A stretch of 55,823 bases of DNA. It comes from Octopus bimaculoides. Taxonomy: Eukaryota. The stretch is taken from contig NC_068983.1 in assembly GCF_001194135.2 (NCBI RefSeq), forward strand, positions 161,635,818 to 161,691,640. Direction: 5' to 3'. This document shows positions 1 to 10,453 of the stretch, piece by piece. Both the position numbers and the translations under genes were made by a program. Position 1 is the first letter of the stretch, and each line of letters starts with the position of its first letter. Under the pieces are notes generated by a model. The model saw only the letters and a program-made list of their open reading frames with translations. It was not told the origin of the DNA and did not search any database.

Positions 1-31
<31 letters not shown>

Positions 32-36
32 CGTGC
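1..36. repeat. (GT)n/(GC)n microsatellite
   Basis: Direct dinucleotide run at window start. Confidence 0.95.
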
Positions 37-646
37 GAGAGAGAAGTGGGGAGATATTAAATATTAAATTCTTTTCTTTCGTATAAGTATTCTGTACTAC
101 ATTTTATACGTATGTCTGTGTGAAATTAAATATATTCTTTCCTTTTGAGAAAATCGGTGGCCACTCTGACGAGCAAATTGAGAAATGAGAAATGTCCGTC
201 ATGAGACTCCCTCCCTCCTTTTCGCATACAATAGCATAGAATGGATACGCTTACATTTATATACAGTTCATAGTTCATAATGAGACTTAATAATATTTAA
301 ATTTATTTCTGTTCTTCTTATTTACGCTGTGTTTTGCATAAACAGATACTGTTTAATTATTTTTTATAGTTTTATTGTGCCGAAGCCTTTCACAGCAGTT
401 ATATTTTAATCGTATAAACACAAACCATGTTATATAAAATACGTCCTATTTGTATAGCCACCAAATTCAAACAAAGCTATTACGAAAGTTGAGAATTAGT
501 AATTAATCGTTTGTGGCAATCTTTCGGGGAAAGTATGTCAAAACTGAAAGCTTGTTAGTTTGTTTGGGGGTTTTTTTTGTTTTCCAGCTGAATCGTTTAT
601 GTTTATGTATTTTTGTGTGTGCGTATTTATGTGTTAACAAACACAT

Positions 647-1320
647 ACACAGGCGTGGCTGTGTGATAAGAAGCTTGCTCCCCAACCACATGGTTCCTGG
701 TTCAGTTCCACCTTGGGCAAGAGTCTTCTACTACAGTCTCGGGCCGACCAAAAAGCCTCGTGAGTGGATTTGGTAGACGGAAACTGAAAGAAGCCCGTCG
801 TATATATATATATATGTATATATTTATGTGTGTGTCTGTTTATGTCTGTGTTTGTACCCCCACCACCACCACCATTGCCTGACAACCGATGTAGGAGTGT
901 TTACGTCTCCGTAACTTAGCGGTTCGGCAAAAGAGTCCGATAGAATAAGTACGGTAATTTTTCAGATTAACACCCGCACGATCTTCACTAGGGTGTTAGG
1001 GTTAGTTTTAGGGTTAGGGTTAGGGTTAGGGTTAGTGTTTAAGGTTAGGGTTAGGGTTACGGTTACGGTTAGGGACGGAATTCCCTAACCCAAACCCTAA
1101 CCCTAAAACCCTAGCCCTAAAACGAACCCTAAAACTAACCCTAAAACCCTAACCCTAACACCCTAGTGAAGATCGTGCGGGTATTAATCTGAAAAATTAC
1201 CATAAGTTCTAGGCTTATAAGTCGTGGGGTCGATCTGTTCGACTAAAAAATCCTTTAAGGCGGTACTCCAGCGTGGCCGCAGTCAAATGACTGAAACAAG
1301 TAAAAAAATATAAAGAATAA
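647..1320 (+). mobile_element. tRNA-derived SINE family 1 (composite), interrupted by a MITE at 953-1201
   Basis: A-box-like GGCTGTGTGATAAG, B-box-like GGTTCAGTTCC, internal (AT)n/(GT)n, 3' end GCAGTCAAATGACTGAAACAAGTAAAA; the same sequence recurs about 10 times in the window. Confidence 0.8.
953..1201. mobile_element. MITE with 53-bp TIRs, 8-bp TSD and internal TTAGGG/CCCTAA arrays (Merlin-like)
   Basis: TIR GGTAATTTTTCAGATTAA(C/T)ACCCGCACGATCTTCACTAGGGTGTTAGGGTTAG at both ends with 1 mismatch; flanks ATAAGTAC (945-952) and ATAAGTTC (1202-1209); removing it restores the host SINE. GG-starting TIRs plus an 8-bp TSD fit Merlin/IS1016. Confidence 0.8.
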
Positions 1321-2299
1321 AAATACACACAAGCTGGTAAACACATACATATATTTACATGCGCAAATATACATAAACATAAGCGATTCATCTGAAAATA
1401 AAATAAAATACATAAAAAAAAAATTACGAAAATTGCTGAATAAATACTTGCAGTTTTGCTGTACCTTCTCCGAAAGACCGCGGTTTTTTTGTTTTTGTTT
1501 TATATATATAACAAAGTCCCCAACAAGGCGAGAAGCGACTTAGTGTAAGGGACAATGAAAAAGTGAAGACGAAAGGAATGGATTTACTTTAGACTTAAAA
1601 GAGTTCAGGTCATGAGAAAGAGGAAAACAATGAGAAAAAAGAATAGTGGAGAAGAATGATTTCTATAAAAAGTCATTTGTTAATTGTGAAACGTATTTAT
1701 TTTGTTTACAATATTATAAATGAGTGAACTAGATTCTGGATTCAAATTCTGGTAGAAAGCCAGCAATTAATAGGAAGGAGTAATTCGATTATATTAACCC
1801 CAATACTCAACTGATTCCGAAAGGGTGAAAGGCAAAGTCGACCTCGGCGAAATGCGTGAAACAAATATTAAAAATGTTGTCATGTTTTGTGGTGCAGTAA
1901 TGACTTGGAATTTGTCAAAATAAAATGATTAATCTCAAAATAATTATTTGCAAAGAAAGGTAACAATTTTAGAAATAAGTTGATAATTGTAAATTTTAAA
2001 AAACAGTTTATTAAAGATTTTTTTTTTCGAAACTTGGCGAAGAAAACATTAAAAATTTAGTTATATTTTATTTATGATCAAACTTACAAATATTGATTCT
2101 TTCTCTAAATGCGAAACTGTTTAACCCCGACTCTAAGGAAATTTAAGGTGAAAGGCCTTCCATCCATGGCTATCCCATCTTATGTTTGGACATAGTGAGT
2201 GCAGCTAGAAGTACACAATGTAACGGGTCCTTTTTAAGACGGAGAATAGGATTTTAAGAATATTTTGGCTGCTATTTTTAGAAATGTAAGCAGCTCCTA

Positions 2300-2494
2300 T
2301 GTCCGTATAAAAACATGACTGAGACATCGAAGGTGTTGCTCCATAAAGGTCTTGATAAAAAAAAAAGAGAGAGAGGGAGATAGTTGCGTCAGACATGAAT
2401 TTAGTCGTCGGCCACCACTTGGTCTCCTCTGTCTTTCCCTCATCGGTTATAATAAAAGTGTTCTGTGTCAGTTGTCTGATTAATAACAGTAAGT
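2300..2494 (+). promoter_or_regulatory. Candidate promoter / first non-coding exon of the RNF217-like gene
   Basis: CpG-retaining unique sequence ending at a consensus donor GTAAGT (2489-2494); the first coding exon starts with an acceptor 2 nt before the ATG, so an upstream exon must exist. Position is inferred. Confidence 0.3.
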
Positions 2495-2869
2495 TCAGTT
2501 AGACGGAGGCTAAGTTTTGTTTCGTCCTCATAACTATTTGAAATATTGCAAATAATTACGTTCAAATAATCTACAACGCACACAAAAAAACAAAACAAGT
2601 TTCCTCGACCATTATTGTTTGTCTCTCAACAAGTTGGAAGTTTTACAGAATTGCAAAGCCAGGAATATATTTCTTTTCAATTAATTAACACATGATATGT
2701 GCGTGTGTATATATAAATATACATTATAACACTCGTTAACATTACTTTTTAATAACTCGGCGCACATTATTTTCCTACATCAAACACTCATTGTGATCTT
2801 ACTTTTTAATTAGTCAGCACTTTCGTGGCTCCATTTATATAATTTAATTTCAAACTCTTTGTTGTGTAG

Positions 2870-3062
2870 ACTTTTATTGCGGCCAAAGAAGAAGCAGAAA
2901 TTGTGTTTGTTATGTTAAACTAAAAGTATCGATGGTCAGCAGTTTGACCAGACATTCAGCCACGAAAACTGTTGGTTGTTTCAGTTCAATTAATTCCTTT
3001 TGTTGGTCACCAATCCATTGTATGTGAGACGTTATTTCCTTGACCACCACTACTAAACTAAG
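2870..3062 (+). other. Candidate 5'UTR exon with GC donor
   Basis: Pyrimidine tract plus TAG at 2868-2869; AG|GCAAGT at 3063. Splicing to 10452 puts an in-frame TAA just upstream of the main ATG. Confidence 0.3.
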
Positions 3063-3404
3063 GCAAGTAGATTTCCTTTCCTTTCCTCCACTAATTTCAT
3101 CAAATAACTCTATAATAACACACGCATACAAAGGAGAAAAAGCAATTTAATTACTTATTTTAATTAATTTAATTAGTTATCAGTTGGGTTACTTCTTTCA
3201 GTTCTTTTGTGACGCCGTTAAATGACTGAAGAAAAAAAAAACTTTCTTTGTTTACTTTCTTTGTTAAATATTTTTGTCGACTTCGTTTGTATGACTGCTA
3301 TATTATTTATGTTGTATTATCAGTAAAACACCGTTTAAAAGTGACATTTACCTTACATTTAATTGTTATTTACCTATTAATTCCTTTTATAAAGTGAACT
3401 GTAT

Positions 3405-3830
3405 CGTTATACTGGACAGTCAAATGGTTAATGGTAGGGCATAACTACAGTTTGGGGCCATACAACTTCGTTTCTGCATAATTTTCTACAATATACGTAT
3501 TATTTTTGTGAAATCTTACAGATATACGTTTTCGAGAGTGTAGGTTATAGTTATGTTCCTAAATTTTTAATTAAAAGATTTGGACGAATTTCGTATCGTT
3601 TTTTTTTTTACATCACGACCACTTCGCCTGGTTTTGTTGCTACCAATTTCAGTAACTTTTTGAAACATTAACAGTATAAAATCCTATATTGAAATGTCAT
3701 TATAACCTACACACCCGAAAGTGTATTTCTGCAAAATTTCATTTAAAAATATGTACTTTTTAAGAGTTATTAGGAAACAAAGCAAGGTGAAGTGATTGAT
3801 TTGAAACTCCTTAAAAAGAAATTATTTTAA
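3405..3830. mobile_element. Degenerate non-autonomous DNA transposon-like sequence
   Basis: Partial internal inverted repeats (GTGTAGGTTATA near 3538 / TATAACCTACAC near 3701); no ORF. Confidence 0.35.
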
Positions 3831-4221
3831 TGTCATTAATATAATCACAATCTATAGTTTCAAGAATGTATTGCTGCAAGATTTTATTTTAAGATATACA
3901 ATCTTTAGAAAATGAGTCATCACAATATGGGTCACCAAACTGTAATTATGCCATTTATAATTTGGCTTATATATCCGATGACAAGGTGGATGACAGTTAT
4001 TATGGGTTAGATATAACTGCTCACTTCTTGACTGTGCTATACCTATGGGTGAAGGGGTTCGAGACATATCGTTAATAAAAGGGAAGTCTTTTCTCGGTCA
4101 ATACTCGAGTGTCAAAATAAAAATGAGACTAGGCAGACCTACTCTGCTCTCTCGATTTTGTTTCCTCGTAACTTCCAAGAAAAATATAAATTTTTTGATG
4201 ACTTTCTTTACAAATAAATAC

Positions 4222-4676
4222 ACTTCAGGTGGTGTAGATGCTAATTACATCGAAATTTGTTGTGATGACTTTCCGAAAATCCACACGAGTCTGCTTTTTT
4301 TTCAGGAAAATGGGTAATTTGTGACATTTTCTACAAATACCTTTCAGAATGTGTAAATTACGATTATATCGGAATTTATTATGGAGGAAAAAAAATCGGA
4401 AGAAAGAAATTTGGTGGGTTCTTAGTCATTGCATTCTTACACACGTCACAAAATGAAACTTACAATTTCGAAAAACAAAATCGTGTCAGAATGTGTGCGC
4501 ACTCACCATTTTCCTTTTACGTAAACGTAATTTACACACCTTGAAAGGTAATTGTAGAAAATTTCATTAAAAATACCTATTTTACTGATCTGAGGAAATA
4601 AAGCTGACTCGTGTGAACGAAACCCCTCTTTCCACCAACAGAATTTTTTTTTACAACAAATCTACAACTCTGAAGC
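4222..4676. mobile_element. Foldback/MITE relic with long imperfect inverted arms
   Basis: TTTTCTACAAATACCTTTCAGAATGTGTAAATTACG (about 4327) vs CGTAATTTACACACCTTGAAAGGTAATTGTAGAAAA (about 4526); CACACGAGTC vs GACTCGTGTG; CTTCAG...GTAGAT vs ATCTAC...CTGAAG. Confidence 0.6.
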
Positions 4677-5395
4677 GTTTTTTTTATTTTATTTTATTCT
4701 CTTACATGATTTCAGCCTTAAGGCTGTAGTCATGCTGGAGCACCATAGAAAATTTCATTTGAAAATATCCATTTGTCTGGTAGTGAAGTCTGGGTGGGGG
4801 CATGCGTGTAAGAGAGGGAATATTTTATTTGATGTATACTTCAAGATTCCTTCACTAATTTCAAAAATCAATTTATTTCTTATAAAACTTATTAAACGAA
4901 TCTGGATATAAATTTTGGTAAATTTTGGCATACCTAGACAACTGCGCCTCATCGCCTGATTTTGTTTCCCCCTAACTTCTAGAAAATGGATATTTTTAAT
5001 GAAATATTCTACAAATTCGCTCCAGATAGTGTAAATATACCCTCTTTTTATTATTTCACCTCTCAGTGATAATGTTAGATAGGGAAAATAAACTTTTATC
5101 TACTTGAAAGAAAACTAATTGCATTTCTTTGCCCTTTGATGTTTGCGAAATGAACAGCGAAATTCCTCAAAAGTGTCAGTCAGATGTGAAGTTTGGGTTA
5201 CCCCGTATGTTCTTGGGACATCCCATATACAGGCTCTGAATTCTATAGGAATTAATTCAGTATTTCATGCTCCCACTTTTACCTTTCGTAATCTCTCCTT
5301 CTAGCAGCGTCACTCTGTTGTCTTTCAGTAACTAGAACACAACCATGTTGCCGAAGATACACCAGCACATTATCTATAGGAAATGTAGAGATAAA

Positions 5396-5740
5396 CCTGT
5401 GTGTATGTGTGTGTATATATTTGTATGTGTGTGTATATATTTGTATGTGTGTGTATATATTTGTATGTGTGTGTGTATATTTGTATGTGTGTGTGTATAT
5501 TTGTATGTGTGTGTGTGTATTTGTATGTGTGTGTATGTATTTGTATGTGTGTGTGTATTTGTGTGTGCGCGTGTATGTGTGTGTGTATTTCTATTGTGTG
5601 TGTGTATGTATTTGTATGTGTGTATGTATTTGTTTGTGTGTGTTTGTATTTGTGTGTTTGTATGTGTGTGTGTGTATTTGTACACGTGTGTATGTGTATT
5701 TTTCTGTGATTGTGTGTGTGTATATCTATGTATGTGTACC
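5396..5740. repeat. Compound (TG)n-based minisatellite, roughly 20-bp unit TGTGTGTGTATATATTTGTA, decaying 3'
   Basis: Direct tandem units visible; explains the spurious Cys/Val and His/Thr ORFs. Confidence 0.9.
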
Positions 5741-5974
5741 CTACCTCCCCCACCCACCCCCGTTCACACCTTCTATGCTCTCTCTCTTCCCTACTGAGGT
5801 AGCCATGTACCCTCTTCACCGCAAGATGTCTGTTTCTGATCCCTCCAGTCACATTCTAACCTCTCTTGCACAAAACCACCTTCCTCACTACTACTCCCCT
5901 CCCCCCCACTCGAGTGAGGCGTGGGGGGNNNNNNNNNNNNGGGGGGGGGGGGGGTCTTGTCTTTTAAAGTATTT

Positions 5975-6178
5975 GGTGACCTCACTGCTGCTGGTGTCAC
6001 ATAAAAAGTGTCCAGTACATCCTGTAGAGCAGTTGACCTTGGGAAGGGCATCCAGACTTGAAACTATGCCAAAACAGACACTAGAGTTTGATGCAGTCTT
6101 CTGACTTGCCAGCTCTTGTCAAACTGTCCAACCCATGCCAGCATGGAAAACAGACTTTAAATGATGATGATGATGATA
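5975..6178 (+). mobile_element. RTE LINE 3' end (5'-truncated)
   Basis: GGAAGGGCATCCAG ... CCAACCCATGCCAGCATGGAA ... (GAT)n tail, shared with more than 20 copies. Confidence 0.75.
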
Positions 6179-6999
6179 ATGCTAGTTGTTTCCTTTTTAT
6201 CTTGAAATTCTTCTTTAGCCAACAGAATTGACTTTTATTAGACAAACACTACTATTTTTTAGTAATATATATTAAACAACTGCTATTTATAGCAATATCT
6301 ATTAGACTATTATTATGGTAATATATATTAAAGATTAATTATTATAGTGAAATACATTAGACCCTTTTCATAGTGGTATATATTAGACAATGCCATTTCA
6401 AATGCAAGCCTAAACATTTTTCTATTCTATTTTCACATTGTTGATTAGATTTTGCATAAATATTGCAGAGAACAAATTTATAATGTACCAAATGACCACT
6501 TGAGTCAGCAATTTGTATCCGGTTACAGCAATGTATGTGTGTATGTGTAAGGGTACACCTAACTGCCTCAGTCTACCTTATCTAATTTAGTAATACAAGT
6601 TTCATAATTCATTGGTGTACACCCAGCAACGATTATCACAGTGACTCGGCGTATTTCAAACAGTCCTGTGAATGTAAAGAGCATTGGGAGGGAATTAACA
6701 TGTATCTCACTTTGTAGAATTTAACTGAATTGATCCTATAGGACAAGCTGCCTGTCCAGGGGATAGGCAGCTTGTCCTACCACATCTATAACAAAATAGA
6801 AATGGGCACCAGCAGTGTGGGTCCTTATTTGGAAATTACCATTTTGCTTTGATAATGTTCATTAAAGGAAAAACTCGGATAACCATTATAAGAAACTGCT
6901 TTGAAATGTATTTTATTCCCAAAAACTGCATTGACAAATATATTCTGATTTGTTAGATAATTCTCATTGTATATAAAATACACAATGTGTTACTATTCT

Positions 7000-7546
7000 A
7001 TGTTTCTGAGATGAGGAATTATGTACATTATTTACAATGGATAGATAGGTATCCTCATCTTGTTTGTTACCACATTTGGCTGATGTACTCTCCAACCTTC
7101 ATCAGGTGTTCTGGTGGAATTTCGAACCCAACCCTTTATTTGACTATTGGGGTACTCTGTTCTCATTCTTGCTGATGTTATTTTTTTGTAGATATCAATT
7201 TCCAAGTCCCTGTCTTGGATTGAACTCAGTATCCGAGGGTTAGTAACGCGAGCTCTTATCCACTTCATATAGCTGCCATATAGCGTAGTGGATAAGAGTG
7301 TAGGCTACTAGCCTTCGGATTCTGAGTTCAATCTGAACCGGGGACTTGGAAAATACCTACAAAAAAAAAACATCAGCAAAAAGAATACCTTAGGAATGAG
7401 AACAGAATACCCCATTAGTGAAATAAAGGGTTGGGTTTGAAATTCCACCAGACCACCTGATGAAGGCTGGAGAGTACATCAGCCAAAGCATTGTGGTAAC
7501 AATAAACAAGGTGAGGACACTTGTCCGGCCATTGTAAATAATGTAC
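7000..7546. mobile_element. Palindromic (head-to-head) dimer of tRNA-headed, Penelope-associated hammerhead element, locus A
   Basis: GTACATTATTTACAATGG (7023-7040) mirrored at 7529-7546; arms are reverse complements about a centre near 7270; CTGATGA motif on each arm. Confidence 0.75.
7452..7497 (+). ncRNA. Degenerate minimal hammerhead ribozyme motif
   Basis: ACCAC-CUGAUGA-A-GGCUG-loop-CAGCC-AAAG-CAUU-GUGGU; stems I and II pair, but the GAAA core is mutated. Confidence 0.5.
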
Positions 7547-7560
7547 GCTGTGTGTGTGTG

Positions 7561-7561
<1 letters not shown>

Positions 7562-7601
<40 letters not shown>
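7562..7601. repeat. (TA)n microsatellite at gap edge
   Basis: Direct. Confidence 0.95.
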
Positions 7602-8365
7602 NNNNNNNNNNNNNNNNNNNNNNNNNNNNNNNNNNNNNNNNNNNNNNNNNNNNNNNNNNNNNNNNNNNNNNNNNNNNNNNNNNNNNNNNNNNNNNNNNNN
7701 NNNNNNNNNNNNNNNNNNNNNNNNNNNNNNNNNNNNNNNNNNNNNNNNNNNNNNNNNNNNNNNNNNNNNNNNNNNNNNNNNNNNNNNNNNNNNNNNNNNN
7801 NNNNNNNNNNNNNNNNNNNNNNNNNNNNNNNNNNNNNNNNNNNNNNNNNNNNNNNNNNNNNNNNNNNNNNNNNNNNNNNNNNNNNNNNNNNNNNNNNNNN
7901 NNNNNNNNNNNNNNNNNNNNNNNNNNNNNNNNNNNNNNNNNNNNNNNNNNNNNNNNNNNNNNNNNNNNNNNNNNNNNNNNNNNNNNNNNNNNNNNNNNNN
8001 NNNNNNNNNNNNNNNNNNNNNNNNNNNNNNNNNNNNNNNNNNNNNNNNNNNNNNNNNNNNNNNNNNNNNNNNNNNNNNNNNNNNNNNNNNNNNNNNNNNN
8101 NNNNNNNNNNNNNNNNNNNNNNNNNNNNNNNNNNNNNNNNNNNNNNNNNNNNNNNNNNNNNNNNNNNNNNNNNNNNNNNNNNNNNNNNNNNNNNNNNNNN
8201 NNNNNNNNNNNNNNNNNNNNNNNNNNNNNNNNNNNNNNNNNNNNNNNNNNNNNNNNNNNNNNNNNNNNNNNNNNNNNNNNNNNNNNNNNNNNNNNNNNNN
8301 NNNNNNNNNNNNNNNNNNNNNNNNNNNNNNNNNNNNNNNNNNNNNNNNNNNNNNNNNNNNNNNNN

Positions 8366-8578
8366 AGCTTATGTATGTCCTCAGCAGTTACAGCCCATGT
8401 TTCACTGCCATGTAGCATGGTTGTTCGTACGCATGCGTCATACAGTCTGCCTTTTACTCTGAGTGAGAGTCCCTTTGTCGCCAGCAGGGGTAAGAGCTCT
8501 CTAAACTTTGCCCAGGCTATTCTTATTCTAGCAGCTACACTTTCAGCGCACCCACCCCCACTACTAACTTGTTCGCCC
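8366..8578 (-). mobile_element. RTE-clade LINE reverse-transcriptase fragment (post-catalytic region)
   Basis: Stop-free GEQVSSGGGCAESVAARIRIAWAKFRELLPLLATKGLSLRVKGRLYDACVRTTMLHGSETW, matching the RTE motif ARIxxAWxxF...KGRLYxxxVxxxxLxGSETW; runs into a gap. Confidence 0.85.
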
Positions 8579-8604
8579 ACACACACACCAGTTTCACATA
8601 ACCA

Positions 8605-9002
8605 GCCCCAGCCCATTCAAAAGTACCTTGGATCGTAGGGCGACATGCTGTGCTTGGGACTTATTGAGTCAAGTACATCAACATCAAAATGAAAATCAAA
8701 TGGAAATTGTAGTTGTGATCCCCATGCTAGTGGCATGTAAAGAGCACCATCCGAATGTAGCCGATGCCAGCGCCGCCTTGACTGGCTTCTGTGCCGGTGG
8801 CATGTAAAATGCGCCAACCGATCGTGGCCATTGCCAGCACCCATTACACATGGAGTGGTTGACGTTAGGAAGGGTATCCAACTGTGGAAACACTGCCAGA
8901 TCAGACTGGAGCCTGGTGCAGCCTCCTGGCTTCCCAGACCCCAGTCAAACCGTCCAACCCATGCCAGCATGGAAAACAGACGTTAGACGATGATGATGAT
9001 GA
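8605..9002 (+). mobile_element. RTE LINE 3' end including degenerate ORF terminus and (GAT)n tail
   Basis: CGACATGCTGTGCTTG...TTGAGTCAAG ORF-end homologue followed by the shared 3'UTR. Confidence 0.75.
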
Positions 9003-9023
9003 CATACATATCCCCAAGGTGAG

Positions 9024-9269
9024 GGAGTGGAGCAGGTAAAATTAAGGCTACATATGTTTCCTAGTTAGCAGACTTGATGATGTAATAATTACTCAATGAG
9101 GGGTATTTAGTTAAGATGCCTTAAGTATATGAAGGTTTTGGTGAGCTAATCATATAATTAAGGTATCTCCGGCCAGGTGAGTTGCTAGCTGAGCACCTCT
9201 TGTTGAGTAATTATTACATCAGAAGATCTAAGAAATATATGTAACCTGGGTTTTACCTGTTGCCACTCT
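9024..9269. mobile_element. MITE-like inverted repeat element
   Basis: CAGGTAAAA (9033) / TTTTACCTG (9251); GATGTAATAATTACTCAA / TTGAGTAATTATTACATC. Confidence 0.6.
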
Positions 9270-9534
9270 TTCAATTTAGATTTTTATTTGCATTCATAGT
9301 GACTGAAGCTGATAAAGGTGAACTATAAAAACATTTTTTAGCTTATTGAGCTTCGATGTAGCACAGGAACCAGTCGGGTTGGTCTAGTATCAATCACATT
9401 AGGATAGTGCTTTTTATGTGCCACCGGCACGGGAGCCAGTCAGGAGGTCACTGGCATTGGCCACATTCGGATGTGAGTTGAGGGAAACTTTCAGTTTGGT
9501 TATTGTTTTTATTACAAGTGTATCTACTTTAATG

Positions 9535-9795
9535 TGAAGGTGTGTGGTTTAGTGGTAAGGGCATTTCACTCAAGATTGTAAGGTCATGAGTTCAATTCCT
9601 GGTGATGTGTTGTGTCCTTCAACAAGATACTTTATTTCACTTTGCTCCAGTCCACACAGCTGGCAAAAATGAGTAGTACCAGTAATTCAAAGGGCCAGCC
9701 TTGTCACACTCTGTAAACTATATTAATTTCATGAGCAAGCTGTTCCGTTGATCACATCAACTGGGACCCTCGTCGTTGTAACTGACAAAGTGCTC
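9535..9795 (+). mobile_element. tRNA-derived SINE family 2
   Basis: TAGTGGTAAG A box, GAGTTCAATTCC B box, core GTGTCCTT...CAAGATACTTTATTTCAC...CCAGTCCAC; repeated at 31.5, 34.6, 36.8, 45.5 and 46.0 kb. Confidence 0.75.
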
Positions 9796-10140
9796 TTTTT
9801 TATATATTTTAATGGTGGGGTTGAAATGGTCAACAGGACCTTGTATTCTACATTACCTTAGTTCATATAGCTGACTAGAGGAGATATCAATCCCTTTTTA
9901 GGAAACGTTTTAATAAAATTAAATCTCTTCGTGATATATTCCTCTCGGTGTAAAAGTCAATCATTAACTTGGTTTCTAGCATTTGTTTGTGTTGTATAAA
10001 TCTGGTTTCTGTCTTTGGCACCAGTTCACATATTTTTTGAAAGAGAAAATATTCAATTAACCTGACTAATCCCCTGCTTCTAGTCCTTGACATTTTCTTG
10101 GCCTTCACTGAATTTGAACCCAGAATGTAGAGAAATATCA

Positions 10141-10270
10141 CCATCATCATCATCATCATCGTTTAGCGTCCGCTTTCCATGCTAGCATGGGTTGGATGAT
10201 TTGACTGAGGACTGGTGAACCAGATGGCTACACCAGGCTCCAATCTGATTTGGCAGAATTTCTACAGCTG
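10141..10270 (-). mobile_element. RTE LINE 3' end
   Basis: (CAT)n followed by reverse complement of the shared 3'UTR. Confidence 0.75.
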
Positions 10271-10453
10271 GATGCCCTTCCTAATGCCATACTTAAAAAT
10301 GCACAGCATTTTGTCTAGCTTCTACTGTTTCTATCTTTTACCATTCTTAACTGTAGAATCTTAATGGTTAAAGTATACCAAGAAGTCTGAGATAAAATTC
10401 CATGCTTTTAGTTGTATCTTCTAAATGACTTTTTTTTAAATTTTATTACAGCT

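Noticed and set aside
1000-1170. Ancient telomere-telomere fusion site
   Set aside because: Arrays lie inside TIRs with a TSD in a SINE, which a transposon explains better
2910-3131. 73-aa minus-strand ORF as a divergent gene
   Set aside because: No homology or flanking splice signals; overlaps a better plus-strand UTR exon candidate
5345-6104. Several 100-230 aa ORFs rich in C/V/Y or H/T/I
   Set aside because: Translations of (TG)n-based repeats on both strands; no splice or domain support
7390-8638. 300-400 aa ORFs
   Set aside because: Mostly N-gap; only the RTE fragment 8366-8578 is real. The same applies to ORFs at 14770-15524, 32365-33097, 47669-48115, 48952-49495 and 51635-52058
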